From an uncultured Actinomycetota bacterium (lineage in GTDB: Bacteria > Actinomycetota > Humimicrobiia > Humimicrobiales > Humimicrobiaceae): a stretch of DNA of 64,000 nt. Under the pieces are notes generated by a model. It saw only the letters and a list, made by a program, of their open reading frames with translations. It made no database searches and had not been told where the DNA came from. Numbering within the stretch: position 1 is the first letter of the stretch; the number at the start of each line of letters is the position of its first letter. This document shows, piece by piece, positions 31,432 to 39,361 of this stretch. The stretch is from NCBI GenBank assembly GCA_964578625.1, contig CAZODQ010000002.1:22036-86035 (forward strand), given 5' to 3'. The translations under genes were made by a program, and so were the position numbers.

Positions 31432-31953
31432 TTAGTCATACTTAACTTGATCGATATATAAAGTTAATATTTCATCACCCTTCAGCAATACTACTGAAGT
31501 TTCATTAATTGCCTGAACAGAATAAATATGTGCGATAGGATCTCCCTCTTTTAACTTATATAAATAATCATTAAAATTCAATTCAGCATATTCTATCCCA
31601 TCCTCAATATAAATACTTTCTAATACAAATACATTTTTCCCTTCTTCATCTTCTTCTTTAGCATAAAACGGCTTGAATGGATTCCTTACCGTTTCATCTA
31701 TAAAGTCAACCTCACCTTCGACATCATAGCTTTTCTCTATACTTATGTCTTCTTTGCCAATCTCACTGATTTCCTCTTCGTCTATTTCAACCTCCGGTAA
31801 TTCCGGACTTGCTGCTTCGCTTCCATAGGATTCTTTTATTATTTTATTAATAGAGCACGCAGAAAAAAGCAGTGCTGCTGCTATAAAAATTAAAGCAGTT
31901 AAAATTAACACCGTCATTTTTTCTATTTTTTTATAACCTTCCATCTTAATCAC
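31432..31953 (-). CDS. PilP-like pilus assembly lipoprotein (tentative)
   Basis: 173 aa. Signal peptide with lipobox-like FSAC, acidic linker, VRNPFKPF motif resembling the R(D/N)PF motif of PilP. Overlaps pilO by 8 nt. Confidence 0.5.
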   Translation of the reverse strand: MIKMEGYKKIEKMTVLILTALIFIAAALLFSACSINKIIKESYGSEAASPELPEVEIDEEEISEIGKEDISIEKSYDVEGEVDFIDETVRNPFKPFYAKEEDEEGKNVFVLESIYIEDGIEYAELNFNDYLYKLKEGDPIAHIYSVQAINETSVVLLKGDEILTLYIDQVKYD

Positions 31954-32485
31954 CTATATAATACATTTTGGTACTAACATAGGCACTCAGCGTTTCATAT
32001 TCATCTTCAGTAGACTGAATTACAATATTTTCGACTATTACTATACGGGGCATCTTCTCTATTGTCCTTATGAAATTGATTATATTGTAATAAGAACCTT
32101 CCAGTGCAAAATTTGCCTCTATTATTTTTTCGGGTTTTTCTTCCTCTTCCGCAGTAACTGTTTCTACATAATCAATTGAGGTAATAACTACACCCGAATA
32201 GGCTGCGATATCATATATTTCATTGGTTAAAACATCAAGATCATTTTCTGAAGGAATCTGCATTGAATATTTCTGATACGCTGCATCTAATGAATTATAT
32301 TCATCCCGCACTAATTCCAATTCATGCAGCCTTGTTACATTTGAACTATGGTATTCTTTTTCCTGTTCCAGTTCTGCGCTCTTCTTAACACTCGTAGACA
32401 TATTAGGAATAATGAATAGAATAACCAGTAAAACACTGATTATTAAAAATACAACTATCAAAATAATTTTTATTGTATTACTCAT
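31946..32485 (-). CDS. pilO: Type IV pilus assembly protein PilO
   Basis: 179 aa, single N-terminal TM, coiled-coil, then a ferredoxin-like C-terminal region. Position after pilM-pilN. Confidence 0.7.
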   Translation of the reverse strand: MSNTIKIILIVVFLIISVLLVILFIIPNMSTSVKKSAELEQEKEYHSSNVTRLHELELVRDEYNSLDAAYQKYSMQIPSENDLDVLTNEIYDIAAYSGVVITSIDYVETVTAEEEEKPEKIIEANFALEGSYYNIINFIRTIEKMPRIVIVENIVIQSTEDEYETLSAYVSTKMYYIGD

Positions 32486-32506
32486 AGCTACATATAAATA
32501 AATATT

Positions 32507-33214
32507 TTACTGTTGTTCCATTTGGTTTACTTCTGACTCCAATACGTCTTCTTCACCAGTTTCTTCAGTCTGCACTTCACTTACATTTTCTGTTTCTTCC
32601 ATATAGGGTCCCATATCATAATATACACTGATTGTAAAAGATACTACTTCAATATTAGATTCTGTTATTTGATCCTTTGCAATATTATTTATCAACACTT
32701 CACCTGTGTGAGGAATACTCTCAATCTCTATTTTTAATTTCGTAATATCATTATAATCGTTTGCATATCCGCCTATTAAGAAAAATATTTTCTTTTTATT
32801 ATCTGCCTTCTTTTCTTCTGGGCTTTTATTAATAAATTCATATAATTGTTTACTGTCGCAGTCTATATAATTTATATAAGCACCCTCGGGTATCTTTTCT
32901 CCAAAATCATACAATATTTCCGACCAGAGTATTTCATCTTTCTGCAGTGTATCTACCAGTTCGGATTTTACTTTGACATTATCCTTAAATTTTTCATATG
33001 TTTCCAGCTTAGCTATGTAATTATTCATCTGACTATTCACCCTGCTGTATTCTTCCGATTTCGGTACGATATTACTGTTTACATCATACAAAAACACCAG
33101 CAATGCTACCAATAAAATGACTGCAGCAACAAATAGTACTAATACTATATTAAGTATAATGCTTCTAATATCCCTGACTTTTACTTCTTTTGGTAGAAGG
33201 TTTATAGTTTTCAT
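32507..33214 (-). CDS. pilN: Type IV pilus assembly protein PilN
   Basis: 235 aa with the characteristic INLLPKE N-terminus, followed by a TM helix. Overlaps pilM by 4 nt. Confidence 0.8.
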   Translation of the reverse strand: MKTINLLPKEVKVRDIRSIILNIVLVLFVAAVILLVALLVFLYDVNSNIVPKSEEYSRVNSQMNNYIAKLETYEKFKDNVKVKSELVDTLQKDEILWSEILYDFGEKIPEGAYINYIDCDSKQLYEFINKSPEEKKADNKKKIFFLIGGYANDYNDITKLKIEIESIPHTGEVLINNIAKDQITESNIEVVSFTISVYYDMGPYMEETENVSEVQTEETGEEDVLESEVNQMEQQ

Positions 33215-34380
33215 TTAACCAAACCCCTCAGTGCCATGCCAATAGCTAACGGATCTATTATGTGATTTAAATCTTTACTCTTAAAGACTGGATTTCTTTT
33301 TATATAGTTTACTTCAAAATAATCGGCAATATTTAGTAATTCCACTTTATAATTTATTTCCCGTTCAATATATTTTTCAATATTTTTTATATATTCTCCA
33401 CTTAAAATAATTTTTTCAATTTTAAATTTTGGGTTTTCCTGTAAGAAATTTTCTATTGATAACCTTATTTCATATATGAATTGATCTGCTGCATCTTTCA
33501 TTATCTTGGTTATTTTCTCATTATCAACAGCAGTTGTATCATCACCTTCCTCAGGTTTTTTATTTTCATTTTTCTTTGATTCATCTGAAGAACTCTTAGA
33601 ACTTTCTTTTTTAGGCTTTACCTTGTTTTTCTCCGTTGTTATCAATTGTTTGAAATCAAATTCAGAGACCACCTTTCTACAATAATCGTCATCCTTATTG
33701 ATCTTATAAATTTTCTCAATAAAGCTTCTTATGGAAGAGGATGAAAATCTTGGATATCTCATTTCATTAGCCTGGATTATCTCAAAAATAGATATATCTG
33801 TTCCAAGATTTACCGCACAAAAAGAACTTAAATCCTTGCTATTTTTATTTTTTTCAAGACCATATATATAATCAAGAGTCCTGTAAAACGCAAAACAATT
33901 CAGATCAATAACCTGGGCAAATAATCCTGCATCCTTAAAGCTCTTTACTATATCGTTAATCATACTCTTTAGAGTACCCACCAGCATTAATTTAGAAGAA
34001 TTTTCTCCCTTTTCCACGACATAATAATCATAAATAATATTATTTTTCGGTATTGGTATAAAATCGCTGATCTGGTATTTAATGGAGTTATTTATTTCTG
34101 CATCATCCAAAACAGGTATTTGTACTTCTTTTGCAATCACCTTCTGATTTGCAATTCCAATAAAGACCTTCCTATCGGAAATCTTATATTTTCTCCATAT
34201 ATCCTTCAGGCTGGCTGCAAGAACTGACGGATCCTTTAACTCGCCTTTTTCCACAGCATTAGCAGGTACTTCATCTATCACAAGGTTTTTTATTATATGA
34301 TCTTTTCTTCCCTTTATCAGATCGACTACAGATATACGGAAAGAACTTAAATTTAATCCAACCGCTGACATAAAAATCAC
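33211..34380 (-). CDS. pilM: Type IV pilus assembly ATPase-fold protein PilM
   Basis: 389 aa, actin-like fold sequence (VGLNLSSFRISVVDL..., VIDLNCFAFYR, AIGMALR). Contains a Lys/Ser/Glu-rich low-complexity insert of about 40 aa. Confidence 0.85.
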   Translation of the reverse strand: MIFMSAVGLNLSSFRISVVDLIKGRKDHIIKNLVIDEVPANAVEKGELKDPSVLAASLKDIWRKYKISDRKVFIGIANQKVIAKEVQIPVLDDAEINNSIKYQISDFIPIPKNNIIYDYYVVEKGENSSKLMLVGTLKSMINDIVKSFKDAGLFAQVIDLNCFAFYRTLDYIYGLEKNKNSKDLSSFCAVNLGTDISIFEIIQANEMRYPRFSSSSIRSFIEKIYKINKDDDYCRKVVSEFDFKQLITTEKNKVKPKKESSKSSSDESKKNENKKPEEGDDTTAVDNEKITKIMKDAADQFIYEIRLSIENFLQENPKFKIEKIILSGEYIKNIEKYIEREINYKVELLNIADYFEVNYIKRNPVFKSKDLNHIIDPLAIGMALRGLVK

Positions 34381-34390
34381 TCTTTTCCTT

Positions 34391-35152
34391 TTACCTGAAA
34401 AAACTTATATACCATTTTAAAATATTATTCCCCCAAAATAAAGATATTATACTTCCAAGCGCTATAAAGGGGCCAAACGGTATTGCCTGTTTTAATTTTT
34501 TTCTCTTTATTATAATTAGTGATATACCATATACAGAACCAAGTAAAAATCCTATAAATAAAGCAGAAACAGCATTTCTTACAAGGAATGCTCCTACCAT
34601 AAGGCTTAGCTTGACATCACCCATTCCCATACCTCCGGGATATATCAAATGAATTATTAACATAAACAGGAATGCACCTATACTAAAGGACAAAGGCATC
34701 CACCAATTTGATGGATCAGAAGCAATACTTAAAGACAGCCCTACTACCGTGATGGGTAGTACTATAACATTGGGAATTATTTGAAACTCAATATCAATAA
34801 ATGATATCGCTAACAGTGCACAGCAAAATACTATACCGATTGCCGTATTGATACTCAGGCCGAAGAACATATAATTTACCGCAAACAGTAAAGGGGTCAA
34901 GATCTCCACCAGAAGGTTTGTGACCGGGATCCTTGCTTTACAGTTCCTGCATTTTCCTCTAAGTATTATATAAGACAATATAGGAATATTGTCATAAAAC
35001 GCTATTTTCTTTTTACAATTGGGGCAGAAAGAAGAAGGTCTTACAATAGATAACTTCCTGGGTATCCTGTATATAACTACTCCAAGAAAACTGCCTACAG
35101 CTAAACCAGTTATTATAAAGATTAAATAAAAAATTACTTCTCTTATTTCCAT
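34391..35152 (-). CDS. pilD: Prepilin peptidase / N-methyltransferase (A24 family)
   Basis: 253 aa with the Cys pairs CPNCKKKI ... CRNCK, and GMGMGDVKL and IPFGPF aspartyl-protease motifs. Confidence 0.93.
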   Translation of the reverse strand: MEIREVIFYLIFIITGLAVGSFLGVVIYRIPRKLSIVRPSSFCPNCKKKIAFYDNIPILSYIILRGKCRNCKARIPVTNLLVEILTPLLFAVNYMFFGLSINTAIGIVFCCALLAISFIDIEFQIIPNVIVLPITVVGLSLSIASDPSNWWMPLSFSIGAFLFMLIIHLIYPGGMGMGDVKLSLMVGAFLVRNAVSALFIGFLLGSVYGISLIIIKRKKLKQAIPFGPFIALGSIISLFWGNNILKWYISFFR

Positions 35153-35293
35153 TCTAATTATTGCTTATATGCTGCTGTTATTATCTTTTATTATTACTAA
35201 TTTCTTTTCTACATTATATTACTATAATTAATTAATTAAATATTCTTTTATTATTCTAAAAATATATTTTTATACAAATTTTTATACTTTTGA

Positions 35294-35322
35294 ATAATAA
35301 CATGAGAAGTCTCATTAGTCAA
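35294..35322 (-). promoter_or_regulatory. Candidate sigma-70-type promoter for pilD-pilMNO and downstream genes
   Basis: Minus strand reads TTGACT (35322-35317), a 17-nt spacer, then TATTAT (35299-35294). It lies just downstream of the pilA terminator. Confidence 0.4.
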
Positions 35323-35345
35323 AAACTTAAGGATTAGAAACAGAT

Positions 35346-35381
35346 ATAAAATAAGGGATAGCATGCTATCCCTTATTTTAT
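35346..35381 (-). terminator. Perfect 36-nt palindrome after the major pilin gene: strong, potentially bidirectional intrinsic terminator/attenuator
   Basis: ATAAAATAAGGGATAGCA|TGCTATCCCTTATTTTAT is fully self-complementary. It forms a stem of about 16 bp with A/T tracts on both flanks, 37 nt downstream of the pilA stop. Confidence 0.8.
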
Positions 35382-35417
35382 TCAAACAATACAATTAATT
35401 TCAGTCTCTTACTTGTT

Positions 35418-35852
35418 TTAATAATCACCGGTACTTGTCCACGCTCCGTCTGTTATTATCAGGTCAGCACCACTTCCAACAGCGCCTCCAGCAGCTCCAT
35501 CTGAACCATTACTTGTCAGAGTATAAGTTGACCCATCTGCGGAAACATATGCATATGCATTTCCCCAGGAATCATTTGCCGGTATCGGATTCATATAGGC
35601 AGCTAGTACTACACCTGCTGTGTATTCAGCTGTTGTCGGATAATCTTCCTTGTCGGCCTGATGAAGCTCTAGTGCAGTAGCTATGTTTTTCATTTCACTC
35701 TCTGTTGCAGATTCTCTGGCTCTGTTTCTTAAAGCCATATAACTTGGAACAGCTATACCTGTAAGCACAGCAAGTATGATGATTACTATCATAAGTTCTA
35801 CCAGAGTAAATCCTTTTTCACTCTTCCAGATTTTTTTCCATAGCTTTCTCAT
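35418..35852 (-). CDS. pilA: Major type IV pilin
   Basis: 144 aa with a class III signal MRKLWKKIWKSEKG/FTLVELMIVIIILAVLTGIAVPSY. Strong SD AAAGGAGGTG upstream. Followed by a strong terminator. Confidence 0.92.
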   Translation of the reverse strand: MRKLWKKIWKSEKGFTLVELMIVIIILAVLTGIAVPSYMALRNRARESATESEMKNIATALELHQADKEDYPTTAEYTAGVVLAAYMNPIPANDSWGNAYAYVSADGSTYTLTSNGSDGAAGGAVGSGADLIITDGAWTSTGDY

Positions 35853-35917
35853 TTTTACACCTCCTTTGGTTAACCAAATTTAATTAAAATATAAGTGTTT
35901 TTATTGTACATCACTAT

Positions 35918-35945
35918 ATTATACCCATAATTAATAAATTTAGAC
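35918..35945 (-). promoter_or_regulatory. Candidate pilA promoter: SigB-type GTCTAA-N13-GGGTAT, overlapping a TATAAT hexamer
   Basis: Minus strand reads ...tatatGTCTAAatttattaattatGGGTATAATatag... -35-like 35945-35940, GGGTAT 35926-35921, TATAAT 35923-35918. About 65 nt upstream of the pilA ATG. Confidence 0.45.
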
Positions 35946-36035
35946 ATATATATATTAAATTATTTAATATAATAATATTAATATTTATAGTCAAGTATAT
36001 AATAAATTATTATAAATTGCAATATAATTTTATAA

Positions 36036-36075
36036 ATAAAATAAAATAAAAATAATTATATATTTATTTTATTTT
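36036..36075. repeat. A/T-only inverted repeat within the 309-bp, >85% A+T spacer upstream of pilA
   Basis: TAAAATAAAATAAA (36036-36049) and TTTATTTTATTTTA (36062-36075) are exact reverse complements separated by 12 nt. Confidence 0.5.
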
Positions 36076-36161
36076 AAAATTATAAATTCATTTATTACGT
36101 TTTATGCGGTATTAAATAAAAGGAGGAAGAGAAGAATAATTTTTGATTTATAAAATATACT

Positions 36162-36953
36162 TCAATATTCTGCAAAATAACTTTTTAAAGTCCTGATACT
36201 TTCTTTTAATTTCCTGGAAACGGATTTTTGTGAAATACCAATCTTCTTACCGATTTCTTTTTGACTAAATCCTAAAAAATAACTTAAAACTATTATCTTT
36301 TTATTGAGGCTGCAGAGTTTATCTATGGCATCCCATAACAGAATCTTATCTTCCATTACCAGATCGAAGCTTCTGTATTCCCTTGACCTTATCAGGCTTC
36401 TATCAAAATCATAGCCATTTTCGGAATCTGAGTTCTTAATTTTGTCAATTGGCCTGTAGTCGTAAAAAGCGACTTCTCTTACTTTAAAAAACTCAATAAT
36501 ACCTTCTGTAGATACATTTATACCACTTGATATTTCCTCTATAGTAGGGTATCTGTTATTACTTAATTCAAAATTTTTTACGAAATCCATGAACAATTTA
36601 TTAATTTTCCATACCCATCTGGGGACTCTTATTAGTTTGCTGTCCCTTATAAAATGTAATATTTCACCTCTTATACAGTAAACAGCAAAAGTAGAAAACA
36701 TGTGTTTTGTTTTTATATCATACCTGTTTATAGCAATCAGCAGTCCTGTAAATGCAACCTGCTGAATATCTTTTTGTTCTATTTTATTATTTCTAAATTC
36801 TCCGGCAATTTTATAAACAAGCTTTTCCGTCTTTTCAATTATAAGATTTAAAGTATCCGGACTGTTATATTTCCGGTAGATTCTAATAAGTTTTTCAATT
36901 GATAGATTCTTGCTTTTTATTAACCCTAAATTTTTATACATTAAATTTTTCAT
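36162..36953 (-). CDS. Group-3 sigma-70 family RNA polymerase sigma factor (SigB/SigF/SigG-like)
   Basis: 263 aa with region 2 VAFTGLLIAINRYD ... FSTFAVYCIRGEILHFIRDSKLIRVPRW, and region 4 HTH IIVLSYFLGFSQKEIGKKIGISQKSVSRKLKESI. Lies between pilC and pilA. Confidence 0.85.
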   Translation of the reverse strand: MKNLMYKNLGLIKSKNLSIEKLIRIYRKYNSPDTLNLIIEKTEKLVYKIAGEFRNNKIEQKDIQQVAFTGLLIAINRYDIKTKHMFSTFAVYCIRGEILHFIRDSKLIRVPRWVWKINKLFMDFVKNFELSNNRYPTIEEISSGINVSTEGIIEFFKVREVAFYDYRPIDKIKNSDSENGYDFDRSLIRSREYRSFDLVMEDKILLWDAIDKLCSLNKKIIVLSYFLGFSQKEIGKKIGISQKSVSRKLKESIRTLKSYFAEY

Positions 36954-36992
36954 AATAGAATATTTTTTACTAAAATCTTCTTTCTAAAAAAT

Positions 36993-38225
36993 CTACATAG
37001 CCTGGTATATATTAAACATCGGAAGATACATGGATATAACGATAATACCAATGGCTCCTGCAACAAATAAAAGCATCAGAGGTTCCAATATTGTGACTAA
37101 TATATCTATATTGTTTGAGACTTCCCTATCATAAAAATCCGCAATTTTTGTTACTATTTCATCAAGGGTACCTGTCTTCTCACCAATAGCCATCATCTGA
37201 ACCATCATAGGTGGGAATATTGGCATTTTAGACATAGGATCAGCAATATTTTCACCTTCCCTTATGCCTTTTCTAATTTTATCAATTGCGTTATCAACAA
37301 GTATATTACCCGCAACTCCTTTTGAAATCTCCAGAGAACTTAGTATGGGAACTCCAGTAGTCAGCAATACTCCAAAATGCCTGGCAAATCTTGATAGAGC
37401 CATCTTCTTAAACATATCTCCAAATCTCGGAATTTTTATTCTTATATTATCCAATATATATTTCCCTCTTGGAGTTCTTACACCTCTTTTAAATAGATAT
37501 CTCCCTCCAAATATCAACACAGCCAGGATTAAATAGAAATATATATTTTTGAATAAGTTACCTATAAATATTATTACCTGAGTGATCATCGGCAGCTGCG
37601 CGCCCAGTTCTTCATATATGCTTTCAAAAGTAGGGACTAAAAATACTACTATTACAAAAGTTATGACTACGGCAAATCCTAGTACAAACTTTGGATAAGC
37701 GGTTTTGTTTCTTATTTTTAACCTTATTTCTTCTTCTGATTCCAGAAAGCCGGCAAGATCATTCATTGTCTTATCTAGTACTCCTCCTGCTTCACCGGCG
37801 CGGATCAGGCTTATAAATATATCCGAAAAAACATTTGTATATTTTGCCATAGATTCCGATAGAGAGTGCCCGGACTCTACATCCATCCTGATCTCTGAAA
37901 TTATATTTGCAAATTTTGGATTGGCAGTTTGTTTTTCCAGTACTGTAAGAGATTCCAGTAGAGACATGCCTGAAGATATCAGAGTGGCAAACTGTCTGGT
38001 AAAAACAACCATATCTCTGATTTTAATACGGTTAAAGAAGCTGAAACCCTTTGAGCCGCCCTTTGATAAGGTTAAAGGTTTGCTCTCCTTAATCTCATCA
38101 ATAGTGACTACAAAATAATCCATTTCTTTTAGTTTTGATACAACCAGATCCTGTGTTTCGGCATCAATCGAACCCTTTATTAGTTCACCGCTTAAATTTC
38201 TTACTGTGTAATTAAAAGCAGACAT
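36993..38225 (-). CDS. pilC: Type IV pilus platform protein PilC (GspF family)
   Basis: 410 aa with two repeated GspF domains and three TM segments. FTRQFATLISSGMSLLESL and FARHFGVLLTTGVPILSSL. Confidence 0.93.
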   Translation of the reverse strand: MSAFNYTVRNLSGELIKGSIDAETQDLVVSKLKEMDYFVVTIDEIKESKPLTLSKGGSKGFSFFNRIKIRDMVVFTRQFATLISSGMSLLESLTVLEKQTANPKFANIISEIRMDVESGHSLSESMAKYTNVFSDIFISLIRAGEAGGVLDKTMNDLAGFLESEEEIRLKIRNKTAYPKFVLGFAVVITFVIVVFLVPTFESIYEELGAQLPMITQVIIFIGNLFKNIYFYLILAVLIFGGRYLFKRGVRTPRGKYILDNIRIKIPRFGDMFKKMALSRFARHFGVLLTTGVPILSSLEISKGVAGNILVDNAIDKIRKGIREGENIADPMSKMPIFPPMMVQMMAIGEKTGTLDEIVTKIADFYDREVSNNIDILVTILEPLMLLFVAGAIGIIVISMYLPMFNIYQAM

Positions 38226-38261
38226 ATTTTCAATACCTCATATATTCGATAAAAAAATAAT

Positions 38262-39323
38262 TTATTCTTCCTGTATCATTCTTGAAACTTCATCTATGCT
38301 GTGTGCCTTTTCCAATGCCACTTCCTTAGTGATTTTACCACTCTTATATAGTTTTACCAGCGACATATCCATAGTCATCATCCCTTTTTTTCCGCTGGCC
38401 TGGATCGCTGAATAAATCTGATGTACCTTCATCTCTCTTATCATATTTTTTATTGCTGTAGTCACAAACATCAACTCAGTTGCAGGAACCCTTCCATCAT
38501 TATTCCTGTTAGTTATTAATTGCTGTACAAGTACCGCTTTTAATGTTCCTGCGAGCTGATTCCTTACCTGTTTTTGCTGATGTGTTGGGAAAATGTCTAT
38601 AATCCTGTCTACGGTCTGCGGCGCATCCTGTGTATGAAGTGTCGAAAAAACCAGGTGGCCGGTTTCAGCTGCAGTCAGTGTATTTGATACTGTTTCAAGA
38701 TCCCTCATTTCTCCTACCATTATGACATCGGGGTCTTCTCTTAGAATATACTTTAAAGCTGCATGAAATGATTTTGTGTCCGTCAAAACTTCCCTTTGGC
38801 TTATAATACTTTTTTTATGTGTAAATAAATACTCTATTGGATCTTCTATGGTTATAATATTTTCTGACCTATTTGCATTAATCATATCAATTATAGCAGC
38901 TAATGTAGTTGATTTGCCGCAGCCAGTAGGTCCTGTCACCAGGACAAGACCTCTTGGATAGCGGGAAAACTCTTTGACCTGCAGCGGCAGATTTAATTCC
39001 TCAATGGTCAGTATATTTCTGGAAATATATCTAAAAGCAGCTGCAAGACTTCCTCTCTGGTAATAATAGCTGCATCTGAACCTTCCATAACCCGGCAGCG
39101 TGTATGAAAAATCAACAGCTAATCGCTTCTCAAGTCTTTCTATCTGTTCGTCATTTAATATTCTTAACAGCATCTTTCTTGATATTTCAGGTGTAATTTC
39201 CCCGTATTCATCAAGTTTAATAAGATTTCCATGGACTCTGAGTATAGGCGGCAGAACACAAACGATATGAACATCTGATGCATTTCTTTTTATACCTTCT
39301 TCTAAAATCTGATTGACATCCAT
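38262..39323 (-). CDS. pilT: Type IV pilus retraction ATPase PilT
   Basis: 353 aa with ASDVHI, Walker A GPTGCGKSTT, Asp/His boxes, and the PilT-specific AIKNMIREMKVHQI motif. Confidence 0.92.
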   Translation of the reverse strand: MDVNQILEEGIKRNASDVHIVCVLPPILRVHGNLIKLDEYGEITPEISRKMLLRILNDEQIERLEKRLAVDFSYTLPGYGRFRCSYYYQRGSLAAAFRYISRNILTIEELNLPLQVKEFSRYPRGLVLVTGPTGCGKSTTLAAIIDMINANRSENIITIEDPIEYLFTHKKSIISQREVLTDTKSFHAALKYILREDPDVIMVGEMRDLETVSNTLTAAETGHLVFSTLHTQDAPQTVDRIIDIFPTHQQKQVRNQLAGTLKAVLVQQLITNRNNDGRVPATELMFVTTAIKNMIREMKVHQIYSAIQASGKKGMMTMDMSLVKLYKSGKITKEVALEKAHSIDEVSRMIQEE

Positions 39324-39361
39324 TTATATTTCCTTTTAAATTAATTTATTAATTTATTATT

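Noticed and set aside
35853-35917. c-di-GMP riboswitch in the pilA 5' UTR, as known upstream of some clostridial pilin genes
   Set aside because: The predicted UTR is only about 60 nt and almost entirely A/T, with no GC-containing helices. It cannot accommodate either class of c-di-GMP aptamer.
36093-36161. Strong SD-like AAAAGGAGG on the plus strand downstream of the sigma gene
   Set aside because: No ATG or GTG follows within a usable distance. The only candidate is a TTG 16 nt away that opens a 17-codon ORF running antisense into the sigma gene. Treated as chance.
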